The notes beneath the pieces were generated by a model that was given only the letters and a program-made list of their open reading frames with translations, was not told where the DNA came from and did not search any database. The translations under genes and the position numbers were made by a program. From positions 1-39,447 of the forward strand of contig JBIIGQ010000002.1 of assembly GCA_044236365.1 (NCBI GenBank): 39,447 nt of DNA, written 5' to 3'. This document shows positions 16,158 to 26,315 of the stretch, one piece after another (position 1 is the first letter of the stretch; every line of letters starts with the position of its first letter). Source of the stretch: Candidatus Limnocylindrus sp. Its GTDB lineage: Bacteria > Chloroflexota > Limnocylindria > Limnocylindrales > Limnocylindraceae.

Positions 16158-17231
16158 GTGGCCACCACTGAAGCAGCCGTCCTCCAGGCCCTCTCCGGCG
16201 TCCAGGAGCCCGAGCTCGGTCGCGACATTGTTACATTAGACATGGTCAAGGAGATCACCCTCGACGGTGACCAGGCCAGCTTCATGATCGAGCTGACCAC
16301 CCCCGCCTGCCCCTTGAAGGACGTGATTGAGCGCGATATCCGCGCCGCCCTCGATGGGATCGGTGTAACAGTGGCCGAGCTCCGCTGGGGCTCCAAGGTC
16401 CGCCGCGCCTCCTCCTCGACCCAGGAGCGCCTCCTCCCCGGCATTCGTAACATTGTGGCCGTCGCTTCAGGGAAGGGCGGGGTCGGTAAGAGCACCGTCT
16501 CGGTCAACCTCGCTGTGGCCCTGGCCCAGAGCGGCGCCCGCGTCGGCCTTCTCGACGCTGACATCACTGGCCCGAACATTCCCCAGATGATGGGGGCGAC
16601 CGGCACCCCGAAGTCGAGCGCGGGCGGCAAAATCGAGCCGGTCGAGCGCCACGGCGTCAAGGTCATCTCCATTCAATTCTTCGTCCCCGAGGGCCAGCCG
16701 ATCGTCTGGCGCGGGCCCCTCATCGGTGGCGCGATTCAGCAGTTCCTTCGCGACGTGGAGTGGGGCGACCTCGACTATCTCGTTGTTGACCTGCCACCTG
16801 GAACCTCTGATGCGCAGCTCACCCTGGCGCAGGCGGTACCAATCGCCGGCGCAGTGCTCGTCACGACGCCACAAGATGTTGCTCTCTCCGATGTGACTAA
16901 GGCACTCGCCATGTTCCGCCGCATGAACGTGCCAATCCTTGGCATCGTCGAAAACATGTCGGCGTTCGCCTGCCCACACTGCGGTGAGCTCACCGAAATC
17001 TTCGGACGCGGCGGCGCAGAGCGTCTCGCGAAAGAGGAGGGACTCGATCACCTTGGCCGCATTCCGTTGGAGATGGCGGTGCGACAGGGTGGTGACGCAG
17101 GGATCCCCGCCGTCGCCCAACGCGAAGAGGGTCCAGCCGCCGTAGCACTGAAGGAGTTGGCCGGCCAAGTCGCCGCGCGACTCGCAGTGCGCGCCGCAAA
17201 CGAGACGGCACCAACGCTGACGGTCGCCTAA
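16158..17231 (+). CDS. mrp: Fe-S cluster carrier ATPase Mrp/ApbC with N-terminal DUF59 (MIP18-like) domain
   Basis: DUF59 stretch LSGVQEPELGRDIVTLDMVKEI...TTPACPLKD, deviant Walker A SGKGGVGKST, and CPHCG cluster-ligand motif. I prefer the GTG at 16158, which has GAAAGGGGA 4-5 nt upstream. The ATG at 16098 is an alternative. The ORF-track start at 15954 overlaps potA. Confidence 0.9.
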   Translation: MATTEAAVLQALSGVQEPELGRDIVTLDMVKEITLDGDQASFMIELTTPACPLKDVIERDIRAALDGIGVTVAELRWGSKVRRASSSTQERLLPGIRNIVAVASGKGGVGKSTVSVNLAVALAQSGARVGLLDADITGPNIPQMMGATGTPKSSAGGKIEPVERHGVKVISIQFFVPEGQPIVWRGPLIGGAIQQFLRDVEWGDLDYLVVDLPPGTSDAQLTLAQAVPIAGAVLVTTPQDVALSDVTKALAMFRRMNVPILGIVENMSAFACPHCGELTEIFGRGGAERLAKEEGLDHLGRIPLEMAVRQGGDAGIPAVAQREEGPAAVALKELAGQVAARLAVRAANETAPTLTVA

Positions 17232-17235
17232 CTCC

Positions 17236-17991
17236 ATGAACGAAACACCTGGGGGCTCAACAGAGCGCGAGGGATTCAGCGACGACGTTGCGCAACTGAT
17301 CGTTGCGGTGCGCGCACTCATCGGCGGACACTGGGATCTCTTCCGAGCCGAACTCGGTGCAATCTCGCGTGATGCCGTTGGCGTGTTGCTCGGCGCAATT
17401 GCGGTCATCACGCTCGTCACCGCGGCGTTGCTTGCGCTGCTCATCGCCATCTTTATGTTGCTCGGCGCCGCCTTCTTCGGTTCGATGATCTGGGGCGCGG
17501 CACACGTCACGCTCCTCCTGCTCGTTGTTGCGGCGGCGATCACGTCGGCAATCCTGCAGATCACCGCACCACGTCGCGCGCGATCGTTCCTTCTCGCGGT
17601 TGTCGGTGGCGCAATCGGTGCACTGCTCGTCCTCTTCGTCTTCAACGGATCAGCCGGCCCCGCAACTGCGGCGTCGCTCCTCTTTGCGTTGAGCTTCCTG
17701 CTGGTGGACCTGCTGGTTGGGCTTGCAACGTTTGACATGCAGCGCTTCACCGATCGCTTCCGCCCGCTCGCGACAGAGCATGAACTTCGCGCCACGTTTG
17801 ATGCGGTCGATGATCTGCGCGACGAAGCGGCATCCGCCTTCGCTGAAGAGGTTGGTGGCGCAGTGGGCGCCGCCGATGCCGCCATTGCGCCAGTCCGAAA
17901 GGTGGTTCGCGCTGCGGCCGATACCCTGCGCGGCATTGCCGATCGACTGCGCGAGCGACGTGGGGCTGGCGACGAGGGCGACAATGCCTGA
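17236..17991 (+). CDS. Membrane protein, Holin-X/DUF1469-like N-terminal module plus extra TM pair and helical tail (tentative)
   Basis: AQLIVAVRALIGGHWDLFRAELGAISRD followed by a TM hairpin matches the pattern of the actinobacterial 'phage holin family / Holin-X' proteins. Two further TM segments follow, then an Ala/Arg/Asp-rich helical C-terminus. Confidence 0.6.
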   Translation: MNETPGGSTEREGFSDDVAQLIVAVRALIGGHWDLFRAELGAISRDAVGVLLGAIAVITLVTAALLALLIAIFMLLGAAFFGSMIWGAAHVTLLLLVVAAAITSAILQITAPRRARSFLLAVVGGAIGALLVLFVFNGSAGPATAASLLFALSFLLVDLLVGLATFDMQRFTDRFRPLATEHELRATFDAVDDLRDEAASAFAEEVGGAVGAADAAIAPVRKVVRAAADTLRGIADRLRERRGAGDEGDNA

Positions 17992-18418
17992 CGAGACGAC
18001 GGAACGCGATCAGCGCGCCAAGCGGGTTGAGGCCCTCGCCGCGAGCCGCCCAGCGGTCGCCGATCGCCTCTCAGCCGTTCGTCAATCGCGCGAGACATCC
18101 CTCCTGCGCCTGCGATCAATCGGTGGTCGACTCCGACCCAGCGGCGGGCTGGCTCAGGAGCTGCGTGACCGCCCCCTGCGGGCCCTCGGCCTCCTCTCCA
18201 TCCTGGCCCTCCTCCTCGTGCGCTGGTTCGGCTCGCGTTCAGGTGGATCCAAGCGCCCTGGCGGTGGAGCGGGGAGCGCCTTTGTGAGTGGGGTAGTGGC
18301 GGCGGCTGCCCAGCGTGGCGGGCGCGCGGTGATTGATGCGTTGATCGATGGCCGACCTGCGGTGGACGGAACCCCCGTGGGCGACGATGATGCTCGGGGG
18401 CGAGTGGCGAAACGGTAG
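17984..18418 (+). CDS. Hypothetical single-pass membrane protein (DUF3618-like layout, tentative)
   Basis: The ATG at 17984 overlaps the upstream stop by 8 nt. A charged helical N-terminus is followed by one TM segment (LRALGLLSILALLLVRWF) and a Gly/Ala-rich tail. The last 21 nt, including the TAG at 18416-18418, lie inside tRNA-Leu. Confidence 0.5.
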   Translation: MPDETTERDQRAKRVEALAASRPAVADRLSAVRQSRETSLLRLRSIGGRLRPSGGLAQELRDRPLRALGLLSILALLLVRWFGSRSGGSKRPGGGAGSAFVSGVVAAAAQRGGRAVIDALIDGRPAVDGTPVGDDDARGRVAKR

Positions 18419-18483
18419 ACGCGCCGGCCTTAGGAGCCGGTGTCGGCAACGACGTGTGAGTTCGAGTCTCACCTCGCCCACCA
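18398..18483 (+). tRNA. tRNA-Leu, anticodon TAG (reads CUA/CUG), class II with long variable arm, CCA encoded
   Basis: Folded by hand. Acceptor stem GGGCGAG/CTCGCCC. D arm GCG-AAACGGTAGA-CGC. Anticodon arm CCGGC-CTTAGGA-GCCGG. Variable arm GTCG-GCAA-CGAC. T arm GTGAG-TTCGAGT-CTCAC. Discriminator A, then CCA. Confidence 0.95.
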
Positions 18484-18514
18484 GATCAAGGGTCGTCGGG
18501 TACCCTGTGCGCTC

Positions 18515-19879
18515 ATGGAATTCACGACCACTCCCGCAGAGAAGAGCACCGTCCGACTTGAGGTCACCCTCGCAGTCGCAGACGTGGCCGCGGCAATTGC
18601 CCAGGCGGTCCGCCACGTCGCCGGCCACAGCCGCATCCCAGGCTTCCGTCCGGGGAAGGCGCCGCGCTCCATTGTTGAGCGCTTCGCCGGCATCAACCGC
18701 ATCCTTGATGAGGCAACCGAGATCCTGATCGAGCGCGGCTATCGCGACGCGATCATGAAGTCCGACATCGTTCCGCTCACGAGCCCAAAGATTGATGCGA
18801 AGCCAATCGTCGAGGGCGAGGCCTACACCTTCACCGCACTCATCCCTGTGCCGCCAGAGGTGAAGCTCGGCGACTACCGCGGCTACACGTTTGAACCAAC
18901 GTTTGAGGAGCCTGACGATGCCAAAGTTGAGGCGGTCGTGAATGATCTGCGCGATAGCTACGCAACGCTCACGGCAGTCACCGATCGTGGGGCCGAGCTA
19001 GGTGACTACGCAATCATCGCCTTTGACGGCTATCGCGTTGACACCGGCGTTGCGATTGACGGCGCCTCATCTGAGCGCATGCCGATCGTGCTCGGCTCCG
19101 ACCGACTGATTCCAGGATTTGAGGCGCAGCTCGTAGGCGCAAAGGTTGGCGATGCCACCACCGTTGAGGTGACCTTCCCTGAGGATTACCAAGAGGCGGC
19201 ACTGCAAGGCGTGCCAGCGCGATTTGATGTCGTCATTAACGACTTGCGCGCGCGGGTCCCGCCGCCCCTTGATGATGCCTTCGCCGCCCAAGTTGCCAAT
19301 GTCACTGACGTCGCTGGGCTGCGCGCCGAGATCTTGATGCGCCTGAAGGCGAGTGCGGTTGATCGCGCCCGACATGAGTTTGCCGACAAGATCGTCGAGT
19401 TCGCGATGGAGGGTGCCACCGTTGAGATTCCCGACCCACTCATTGAAGAGGAGATCGACGGCCTCGTTGACGAGTTGGCGCGCAGTATTGCGCGACAGGG
19501 GCTGACCTTTGAGCAGTACCTCAGCGCCGCCGGAAAGAGCGTTGAAGAGCTTCGTGCCGATCTGCGTGAGCGCGGTGAGCGTCGCGCGCGAACCCTGCTC
19601 GTACTGAGCGCCGTGGCCGGCGCCGAAGGGGTCGAAGTGCCAGAGGAGCTAATCGACGAAGAGGTCGAGCGCGCCCGTCCGCAGACCCAGGGCCAGCGCA
19701 AGCTTGAGGCCTATCTCTCATCGGAACGCGGTCGCCGTGCCATTCGCGCCTCACTGCGCCGCTCCCTCGTGGTTGAGCGGCTCGTTGACGAGTGGTTTGA
19801 TGCTCATCCGAAGGCCTGGCCAACCTGGGCACCAGAGCGCCCAGCGACGCCTACCGCCGCGAAGGCTCCCGCCAAGTAA
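18515..19879 (+). CDS. tig: Trigger factor (ribosome-associated peptidyl-prolyl isomerase chaperone)
   Basis: MEFTTTPAEKSTVRLEVTL start, ribosome-binding signature IPGFRPGKAPRS, central FKBP-type region, and conserved tig-clpP-clpX synteny. The ORF-track start at 18440 lies inside the tRNA and is rejected. Confidence 0.93.
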   Translation: MEFTTTPAEKSTVRLEVTLAVADVAAAIAQAVRHVAGHSRIPGFRPGKAPRSIVERFAGINRILDEATEILIERGYRDAIMKSDIVPLTSPKIDAKPIVEGEAYTFTALIPVPPEVKLGDYRGYTFEPTFEEPDDAKVEAVVNDLRDSYATLTAVTDRGAELGDYAIIAFDGYRVDTGVAIDGASSERMPIVLGSDRLIPGFEAQLVGAKVGDATTVEVTFPEDYQEAALQGVPARFDVVINDLRARVPPPLDDAFAAQVANVTDVAGLRAEILMRLKASAVDRARHEFADKIVEFAMEGATVEIPDPLIEEEIDGLVDELARSIARQGLTFEQYLSAAGKSVEELRADLRERGERRARTLLVLSAVAGAEGVEVPEELIDEEVERARPQTQGQRKLEAYLSSERGRRAIRASLRRSLVVERLVDEWFDAHPKAWPTWAPERPATPTAAKAPAK

Positions 19880-19924
19880 ACTCAGCCTCCCGCAGAGAGC
19901 GGGTGCACACGTAGGGGGTAACCG

Positions 19925-20527
19925 ATGCTCGTACCAATGGTGATTGAGTCCTCAAGCAAAGGCGAACGCGCCTACGACATCTGGTCACGCCTACTCAAGG
20001 AGCGCATCATCTTTTTGGGCGGCCCCGTCGAAGACGACATCGCCAACCTGATCATTGCGCAGCTCCTCTTCCTCGATTCAGAGGATCCCGAGAAGGAGAT
20101 CTCCCTGTACATCAACAGCCCAGGGGGTGTGATCACCTCCGGCCTCGCGATCTACGACACGATGCGCTACGTGCGCGCCCCCGTGAGCACCATCTGCACC
20201 GGCATCGCTATGTCGATGGGCGCGGTGCTCCTCGCCGCTGGTGCACCAGGGCGACGCTTCGCCCTGCCGCACAGCCGCATCATGATCCACCAGGGCTCTG
20301 GCGGATTCCGTGGCAACACGCCCGACGTCTTCATTCAGGTGAAGGAGATGGAGCAGCTCGTGCGCACGACACAAGAGATCCTCGCCGCCCACACGGGTCA
20401 GCCGATGGATAAGGTCGTGAAAGATACGGACCGCGACCTCTTCCTCTCGCCAGAGCAGGCGGTGGAGTACGGCATCATCGACGAGGTCTACAAGCTTCCT
20501 GCCATCGTCCCGCCTAAGGGGAAGTGA
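19925..20527 (+). CDS. clpP: ATP-dependent Clp protease proteolytic subunit
   Basis: [39 protein letters not shown], catalytic Ser context [14 protein letters not shown], His in IMIHQ, Asp in DTDRD. Confidence 0.96.
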   Translation: MLVPMVIESSSKGERAYDIWSRLLKERIIFLGGPVEDDIANLIIAQLLFLDSEDPEKEISLYINSPGGVITSGLAIYDTMRYVRAPVSTICTGIAMSMGAVLLAAGAPGRRFALPHSRIMIHQGSGGFRGNTPDVFIQVKEMEQLVRTTQEILAAHTGQPMDKVVKDTDRDLFLSPEQAVEYGIIDEVYKLPAIVPPKGK

Positions 20528-20537
20528 GGCGCGCCGC

Positions 20538-21896
20538 ATGAGCGGAGGAACTGGATCCGGAGAGTCAGGAGGCGGTAAGACGCGCGGCCCACGCAGCGCA
20601 GGCACAGGCTCGTATCGCTGCTCCTTCTGCCGCAAGACGCAAGAGCAGGTTCGTAAGCTGATCGCCGGCCAGGGCGTCTACATCTGCGATGAGTGCGTCG
20701 CACTCTGCGCCGAGATCGCCACTGAGCAGTCGCCATCGGCGCCGCAGCGCAAGTCGTTCGGCGGCGTCACGCCAACACCGCGCATGATTCACGCGGCGCT
20801 GAACGAGCATGTCGTGAGCCAGGAGCGCGCCAAGCGCTCGCTCGCCGTGGGCGTGCATAACCACTACCAGCGCGTTGGCGCACCAACCGTGGCCGACGGA
20901 GTGGAGATCGCCAAGTCGAACATCCTGCTCGTTGGCCCGACCGGTTCCGGCAAGACGTTGCTTGCGCAGACGCTGGCTCGATTCCTTGATGTGCCGTTCT
21001 GCATCGCCGATGCGACGAGCCTGACCGAGGCTGGCTACGTTGGTGAGGATGTCGAGAACATTCTGCTCCGCCTAATTCAGGCCGCTGATGGCGACATTGA
21101 GCGCGCGCAGCGCGGCATCATCTATATCGACGAGATCGACAAGATCACCCGCAAGTCCGACAATCCATCGATCACCCGCGACGTTTCGGGCGAAGGGGTG
21201 CAGCAGGCGCTCCTGAAGATCATCGAGGGCACGGTGGCGAACGTGCCGCCGCAGGGTGGTCGCAAGCATCCGCATCAGGAGTACCTGCAGATCGACACGA
21301 CGAACATCCTCTTCATCTGCGGCGGTGCCTTTGAAGGGCTTGAGAAGATCGTCTCGGATCGCGTTGGTCGACGCGGCATCGGCTTCGGTTCCGACATGCC
21401 CGCCAGTAAAGATGAGCGCACTCGCGTGCTGGAGCAGCTGATGCCCGACGACCTGCTGCGCTACGGCCTGATCCCTGAATTCATCGGGCGACTGCCGATG
21501 ATCGTTGCCCTTGATCCGCTGACCCTCGACGATCTCGTTGAGATTCTTGTTGCGCCGAAGAACGCGCTGGTCAAGCAGTACCAGCGCCTCTTCCAGATGC
21601 ACAACGTCGACCTGCAGTTCACGCCGGCCGCCCTCCATGCGGTTGCCGAGAAGGCACTGCTGCGCAAGACCGGCGCGCGCGCACTCCGTGCCGTGCTCGA
21701 AGATGCACTACTTGCGACGATGTACGACCTACCAGATCGACCCGACGTACGTCGCTGCGTCGTGACGGAAGAGACGATTAGTGCCGGCGCAAGCCCACTC
21801 ATGCTCACCGAGCGTGAGATCGGCGCGAGCGAACCGGCGGCACCGAGCCGACGCGCACCTCGTACCCGTGCGGCCACCCCCCGCGCATCAGCGTGA
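20538..21896 (+). CDS. clpX: ATP-dependent Clp protease ATP-binding subunit ClpX
   Basis: Zinc-binding domain CSFCRK...YICDECV, Walker [13 protein letters not shown], Walker [10 protein letters not shown], and IGF-like loop region. The protein has a Gly-rich ~25-aa N-terminal extension. Confidence 0.96.
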   Translation: MSGGTGSGESGGGKTRGPRSAGTGSYRCSFCRKTQEQVRKLIAGQGVYICDECVALCAEIATEQSPSAPQRKSFGGVTPTPRMIHAALNEHVVSQERAKRSLAVGVHNHYQRVGAPTVADGVEIAKSNILLVGPTGSGKTLLAQTLARFLDVPFCIADATSLTEAGYVGEDVENILLRLIQAADGDIERAQRGIIYIDEIDKITRKSDNPSITRDVSGEGVQQALLKIIEGTVANVPPQGGRKHPHQEYLQIDTTNILFICGGAFEGLEKIVSDRVGRRGIGFGSDMPASKDERTRVLEQLMPDDLLRYGLIPEFIGRLPMIVALDPLTLDDLVEILVAPKNALVKQYQRLFQMHNVDLQFTPAALHAVAEKALLRKTGARALRAVLEDALLATMYDLPDRPDVRRCVVTEETISAGASPLMLTEREIGASEPAAPSRRAPRTRAATPRASA

Positions 21897-24592
21897 CGGC
21901 GGCACGCGAGCTCGGCCCCTCCTATAGCGCCGCTGAGGTAGAGCGCAGCGTTGCAGCCCGCTGGGCGGCAACCGATTACGGCAGTCCTGACGGACGCGAG
22001 ACGCGCGATGCCGAGGGGCGCGAGTCACTCCCACCCTTCACGATCATCATGCCGCCGCCGAATGTCACTGGCGGCTTGCACGTAGGGCACGCACTCTTCG
22101 TGACGCTGGAAGACCTCATGGTGCGCCGCGCGCGCATGCAGGGGCGAGCCGCGCTCTGGCTCCCTGGTGTTGATCACGCTTCGATCGCCGCTCAGTTCGT
22201 GCTCGACCGCATCGTCGAGAAGGAGGGGAGCAGCCGCGCCGATTTAGGCCGTGAGCGCTACCTCGAGCGCATGCACCGCTTCATGGACGAGACACGGAAC
22301 ACCATCCTGGGCCAGTTCCAGCGCCTCGGCGCCTCGGCCGACTGGAGCCGCACCCGCTTCACCATGGATGACGTCTCGAGCCGCGCCGTGCGCACCGCCT
22401 TCGCCACCCTCTACGAGCGCGGCCTCGCCTATCGCGGCGAGGCGCTCGTCAACTGGTGCCCAGGCTGCAAGACCAGCGTCTCTGATCTTGAGTCGGTCGC
22501 AACCGAAGAGCAGGGGAGCATCTGGGAGATTCGCTACCCACTTGAAGGGGGCGACGCCACCAGTGGCGTCGTAGTCGCAACAACCCGACCAGAGACGCTC
22601 CTCGGCGATACCGGCGTGGCCGTGCACCCCGACGACCCGCGCTACACCGCACTGGTTGGGAGGCGCGTGATGGTGCCGTTTGTGAACCGCGCCGTTCCAG
22701 TGGTTGCCGATGCGTTTGTGGAGATGAGCTTCGGCACGGGCGTGGTCAAGGTCACACCCGCCCACGATCCGAACGACCGCGAGGTTGGCCTCCGCCACAA
22801 CCTGCCAGCACCAACGATTCTCGATGAGTCCGCGCGCATCGTTACCGACGCCCCAGCGCCATTTGGCGGCATGGATCGCTTCAAGGCGCGCAAGGCGATC
22901 GTCGCCGCACTCGAGGAGCTTGGCCTTCTCGTTTCGGTCAAGCCACACACGGCGAACCCAGCGCGCTGCCAGCGCAGCAACGACATCCTTGAGCCACGCC
23001 TACGCACGCAGTGGTTCATTCGCGCCAAGCCGCTCGCCGAGAAGGCGCTCGCCGCAACGCGCTCAGGTGCAACACAGATTGTTCCGGCGCACTTTGAGAA
23101 GACGTGGGAGCACTGGCTCACCGAAATTCGCGATTGGAACGTGAGCCGACAGCTCTGGTGGGGGCACCGCATCCCCGCCTGGTACTGCGCCGACGGGCAC
23201 ATCACCGTGACGGATCGCGAAGAGGGACCAGTCGGCTGCGGCACCTGCGGTGCGGAGGCGAACACGCTGCAGCAGGAGAGCGATATCTTCGATACCTGGT
23301 TCAGTAGCGGGCTCTGGCCGTTCAGCACACTCGGCTGGCCCGATAAGACGCCAGACCTCGCGCGCTACTACCCGTCGCAGGTGATGGAGACCGGACACGA
23401 CATTCTCTTCTTCTGGGTTGCCCGCATGATGATGCTCGGCATTGAGCTGATGGGCACACCGCCATTTGAGACGATCTATTTGCACGGCATGGTGCGCGAT
23501 CTTGAAGGACAGAAGATGTCAAAGACCAAGGGGAACGTGGTGGACCCACTCTCCGTGATTGATGAGATCGGTGCCGACGCGCTGCGCTTCGCGCTTGTCT
23601 CCGGCACCGCACCAGGCGCCGACCAGCGCCTCTCACCAGAGAAGCTCGAGAACGCGCGCAACTTCATGAACAAACTCTGGAACGCCGCGCGCTACGTGCT
23701 TGGTGCGCGACCAGCAGAGGCAACCGGCGAACGGCCGACTGCAGCCGAGGCGCATGCCGCGGCAGGGGAGTTCGGCACCTGGATGGCGACGCGCCTCAGT
23801 GCGGCAACTGATGATGTCGATCGTGCGCTTGGGCAGTACGGATTCTCTGAGGCGGCGCAGCGGGTGTACGACGCCATTTGGGCGGAGTACTGCGACCAGG
23901 CAATTGAGATTGCGAAGGTGACGCTGGCAGATGAGAACCAACCTGCCGACGTTCGCGTTGCGGTCTGGTGGACGCTCGTAGATGCGCTCGATGATCTCTT
24001 GCGCCTGCTTCACCCCATTGCCCCATTCATCACCGAAGGAATTTGGGAGGCGCTCCCGCGACGCGCAACCGACCCAGGACTCTTGGCAACTGCGGCATGG
24101 CCGGCCCGTCACGCCGCAGCAACGTCGGCGGCAAGCAGCATTGATCAGTGGCTTGACCTGGTGCGCGAAGTGCGCGCGGCGCGTACCACTGCAAAGCTCC
24201 CCGCCGGCGCGTGGATTCCGCTGACCGTTGCCGCGCCGTCACACCTCACGGCATCGGGCGAAGGGTTGCGATCCGCCATTGAGCGGCTGGCGCGCGTGCG
24301 CCCGCTCACCATTCAGGCAGCGCTTCCAACCGAGGGTGAAGGTCTGCTCGTTGTGGCGGGCACCCTCACCGCGCGACTGGAGCCGCCACAGGCTGACGCG
24401 GCGACGCTTGATGCTGATCGCGCCCGACGCGAGAAAGACCTCGCCGCAGCACAGGCCCAACTCGCCGCCGCTGAGGCTCGCCTCGCCGACCCATCATTCA
24501 CAGGGAAGGCGCCGGCCGCTGTGGTCGCCGGGGCAGAGCGCCGCGTTGCCGAACTGCGCGATGAGATCGCACGACTCGAGCGAGGCTCCTAA
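21893..24592 (+). CDS. valS: Valine--tRNA ligase
   Basis: HIGH region [18 protein letters not shown] region KMSKTKGN, editing-domain signature, and C-terminal coiled coil. The GTG start overlaps the clpX TGA (GTGA). Confidence 0.95.
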   Translation: MTAARELGPSYSAAEVERSVAARWAATDYGSPDGRETRDAEGRESLPPFTIIMPPPNVTGGLHVGHALFVTLEDLMVRRARMQGRAALWLPGVDHASIAAQFVLDRIVEKEGSSRADLGRERYLERMHRFMDETRNTILGQFQRLGASADWSRTRFTMDDVSSRAVRTAFATLYERGLAYRGEALVNWCPGCKTSVSDLESVATEEQGSIWEIRYPLEGGDATSGVVVATTRPETLLGDTGVAVHPDDPRYTALVGRRVMVPFVNRAVPVVADAFVEMSFGTGVVKVTPAHDPNDREVGLRHNLPAPTILDESARIVTDAPAPFGGMDRFKARKAIVAALEELGLLVSVKPHTANPARCQRSNDILEPRLRTQWFIRAKPLAEKALAATRSGATQIVPAHFEKTWEHWLTEIRDWNVSRQLWWGHRIPAWYCADGHITVTDREEGPVGCGTCGAEANTLQQESDIFDTWFSSGLWPFSTLGWPDKTPDLARYYPSQVMETGHDILFFWVARMMMLGIELMGTPPFETIYLHGMVRDLEGQKMSKTKGNVVDPLSVIDEIGADALRFALVSGTAPGADQRLSPEKLENARNFMNKLWNAARYVLGARPAEATGERPTAAEAHAAAGEFGTWMATRLSAATDDVDRALGQYGFSEAAQRVYDAIWAEYCDQAIEIAKVTLADENQPADVRVAVWWTLVDALDDLLRLLHPIAPFITEGIWEALPRRATDPGLLATAAWPARHAAATSAASSIDQWLDLVREVRAARTTAKLPAGAWIPLTVAAPSHLTASGEGLRSAIERLARVRPLTIQAALPTEGEGLLVVAGTLTARLEPPQADAATLDADRARREKDLAAAQAQLAAAEARLADPSFTGKAPAAVVAGAERRVAELRDEIARLERGS

Positions 24593-24846
24593 TGCCCTTC
24601 TACGACTACCTCTGCGCGAAGTGCGGCGCCACCGTTGAGGTGCTGCACGGCATTGATGAGCAGCAGGCTCGAACCCACGAAGATTGTGGTGGATCGCTAG
24701 AGCGACAATTCTCTGCGGCGAGCGTGCACTTCAAGGGGAGTGGCTGGGCCAAACTTGATCGCCGCAGCGGCGGTTCAGGCTCCTCGGATGCGCCTGCGAG
24801 CGCGCCGAGCACGCCAGCCCCGGCCCCAAAGGGCGACGCGAAGTAA
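24592..24846 (+). CDS. FmdB-family putative zinc-ribbon regulatory protein
   Basis: [12 protein letters not shown]...HEDCGGSLERQFS matches the M-P-x-Y-[ED]-Y-x-C-x-x-C-G zinc-ribbon family. The C-tail is low-complexity Ser/Ala/Pro. The ATG overlaps the valS TAA by 1 nt. Confidence 0.8.
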   Translation: MPFYDYLCAKCGATVEVLHGIDEQQARTHEDCGGSLERQFSAASVHFKGSGWAKLDRRSGGSGSSDAPASAPSTPAPAPKGDAK

Positions 24847-24878
24847 GCGATCTCCCTGATCGGGTAGGCTTCCTCGCA

Positions 24879-26312
24879 ATGAGCATCAACGCCGACTCCT
24901 CGAAGACCCTCGCTGGAACCCCAGCGGCTGACGCGACCCCAGCAGTCTCCGAGCTCGACACCATCGTCTCGTTGGCGAAGCGCCGCGGCTTTGTCTTCCC
25001 CAGCTCCGAAATCTACGGCGGCATCAACGCGGTGTGGGACTACGGCCCACTCGGCGTTGAGCTGAAGAACAATGTGAAGCGCGCCTGGTGGCGCAGCATT
25101 GTGCAGGAGCGCCACGAGGTAGTTGGACTCGATGCCGGGATCTTGATGCACCCCCAGGTCTGGAAGACCTCTGGCCACGTCGGCTCTTTCAGTGATCCAC
25201 TCGTTGAGTGCACCGCCTGCAAGCGACGCTATCGCCTCGATGAACTTCCAGGCACCGGCGACCTCACCACCACGCAGTTGGCCGATGCAGAGATCGTTGC
25301 CAAGATGGGCCTTAAGTGCCCAGATTGCGAAGGCGCACTCACTGCACCGCGCCACTTCAACCTGATGTTCAAGACCTTCATGGGCCCGGTTGAAGAGGAT
25401 GCCTCTGTGATCTACCTGCGCCCCGAGACGGCGCAGGGCGCCTATGTGCAGCACAAGAATGTGCGCGATTCTTCGCGCAAGAAGATCCCGTTCGGCATCG
25501 CCCAGATCGGCAAGTCATTCCGCAACGAGATCAGCCCAGGAAACTTCGTCTTCCGCATGCGCGAGTTTGAGCAGATGGAGCTCCAGATGTTCGTGCGCCC
25601 CGACGAGGCGGCCACTGCTGCGTTTGAAGAGTGGCTGCCACGACGACTGGAGTGGTACAAGGCGTACGGCGTTTCGCCAGAGCGACTGCGCATGCGCGAG
25701 CATGCCCCCGACGAGTTGGCTCACTACGCCAAGCGCGCCATCGACGTGGAGTACCGCTTCCCGTTCGGCTGGAAGGAGCTTGAGGGGATTCACAACCGTG
25801 GCGACTTTGACCTCTCGCGTCACGCCGCCGAGAGCGGCGAGAGCCTCGACTACTTCGACCCTGCCACCGAGACCTCGTTCACCCCGTGGGTGGTGGAGGC
25901 CGCCGCTGGTGCTGATCGTGCCGCCTTCACCTTCCTGATCGACGCCTACCGCGAAGAGGTGGTACGAGACGAGAAGCGCGTCGTTCTCTCGCTGCATCCA
26001 GAACTCGCGCCGTACAAGGTGGCGGTCCTACCGCTCCTTAAGAAGCGCGACGACCTCGTGGAGATGGCGCACCGCATTCGCGACGGGCTCTCACGCGAGT
26101 TCACCGCCGTCTACGACGACACCGCCGCCATCGGCAAGCTCTACCGGCGGCAGGATGAGATCGGCACGCCGTGGTGCATCTGCGTCGACGTGGACTCCAT
26201 GGACGACAACGCGGTGACGGTGCGCGATCGCGACACGATGGAGCAGGAGCGCGTCAGCGCCGATCGACTCGAAGAGTTCTTCCTCGCGAAGCTGCGCGCC
26301 TCGCGCCCGTAG
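24879..26312 (+). CDS. glyQS: Glycine--tRNA ligase (class II, homodimeric GlyQS type)
   Basis: LAKRRGFVFPSSEIYGGINAVWDYGPLGVELKNNVKRAWW, class II motif 2/3 contexts (FRNEISPGNFVFRMREFEQMELQ), and a C-terminal anticodon-binding domain. Confidence 0.95.
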   Translation: MSINADSSKTLAGTPAADATPAVSELDTIVSLAKRRGFVFPSSEIYGGINAVWDYGPLGVELKNNVKRAWWRSIVQERHEVVGLDAGILMHPQVWKTSGHVGSFSDPLVECTACKRRYRLDELPGTGDLTTTQLADAEIVAKMGLKCPDCEGALTAPRHFNLMFKTFMGPVEEDASVIYLRPETAQGAYVQHKNVRDSSRKKIPFGIAQIGKSFRNEISPGNFVFRMREFEQMELQMFVRPDEAATAAFEEWLPRRLEWYKAYGVSPERLRMREHAPDELAHYAKRAIDVEYRFPFGWKELEGIHNRGDFDLSRHAAESGESLDYFDPATETSFTPWVVEAAAGADRAAFTFLIDAYREEVVRDEKRVVLSLHPELAPYKVAVLPLLKKRDDLVEMAHRIRDGLSREFTAVYDDTAAIGKLYRRQDEIGTPWCICVDVDSMDDNAVTVRDRDTMEQERVSADRLEEFFLAKLRASRP

Positions 26313-26315
26313 GCG

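Noticed and set aside
16057-16239. A 60-aa plus-strand ORF in the potA/mrp intergenic region.
   Set aside because: It runs out of frame into the DUF59 domain of mrp, encodes a Gly/Trp/Pro/Arg-rich translation of the G-tract region, and has no SD.
16467-18449. A 660-aa minus-strand ORF, the longest non-annotated frame in the window. It spans the mrp 3' end, both membrane-protein genes and tRNA-Leu.
   Set aside because: The translation is Arg/Pro/Ser/Ala-rich low-complexity sequence typical of antisense frames in GC-rich DNA. It runs opposite well-supported genes (the Mrp motifs) and across a tRNA, and it has no motif. The same reasoning applies to 38199..39350 (antisense of sdhA), 33682..34779 (antisense of the mutase), 4177..5274, 11803..12849, 9397..10341 and 15116..16060.
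19889-19903. CCCGC-agaga-GCGGG hairpin between tig and clpP as a terminator.
   Set aside because: The stem is only 5 bp with no U-tract. tig-clpP-clpX are generally co-transcribed. At most it is a processing or attenuation site, which is too weak to call.
24847-24878. T-box or other leader upstream of glyQS (and likewise of valS).
   Set aside because: The glyQS upstream gap is 32 nt, and valS overlaps clpX. Neither leaves space for a ~200-nt T-box leader.
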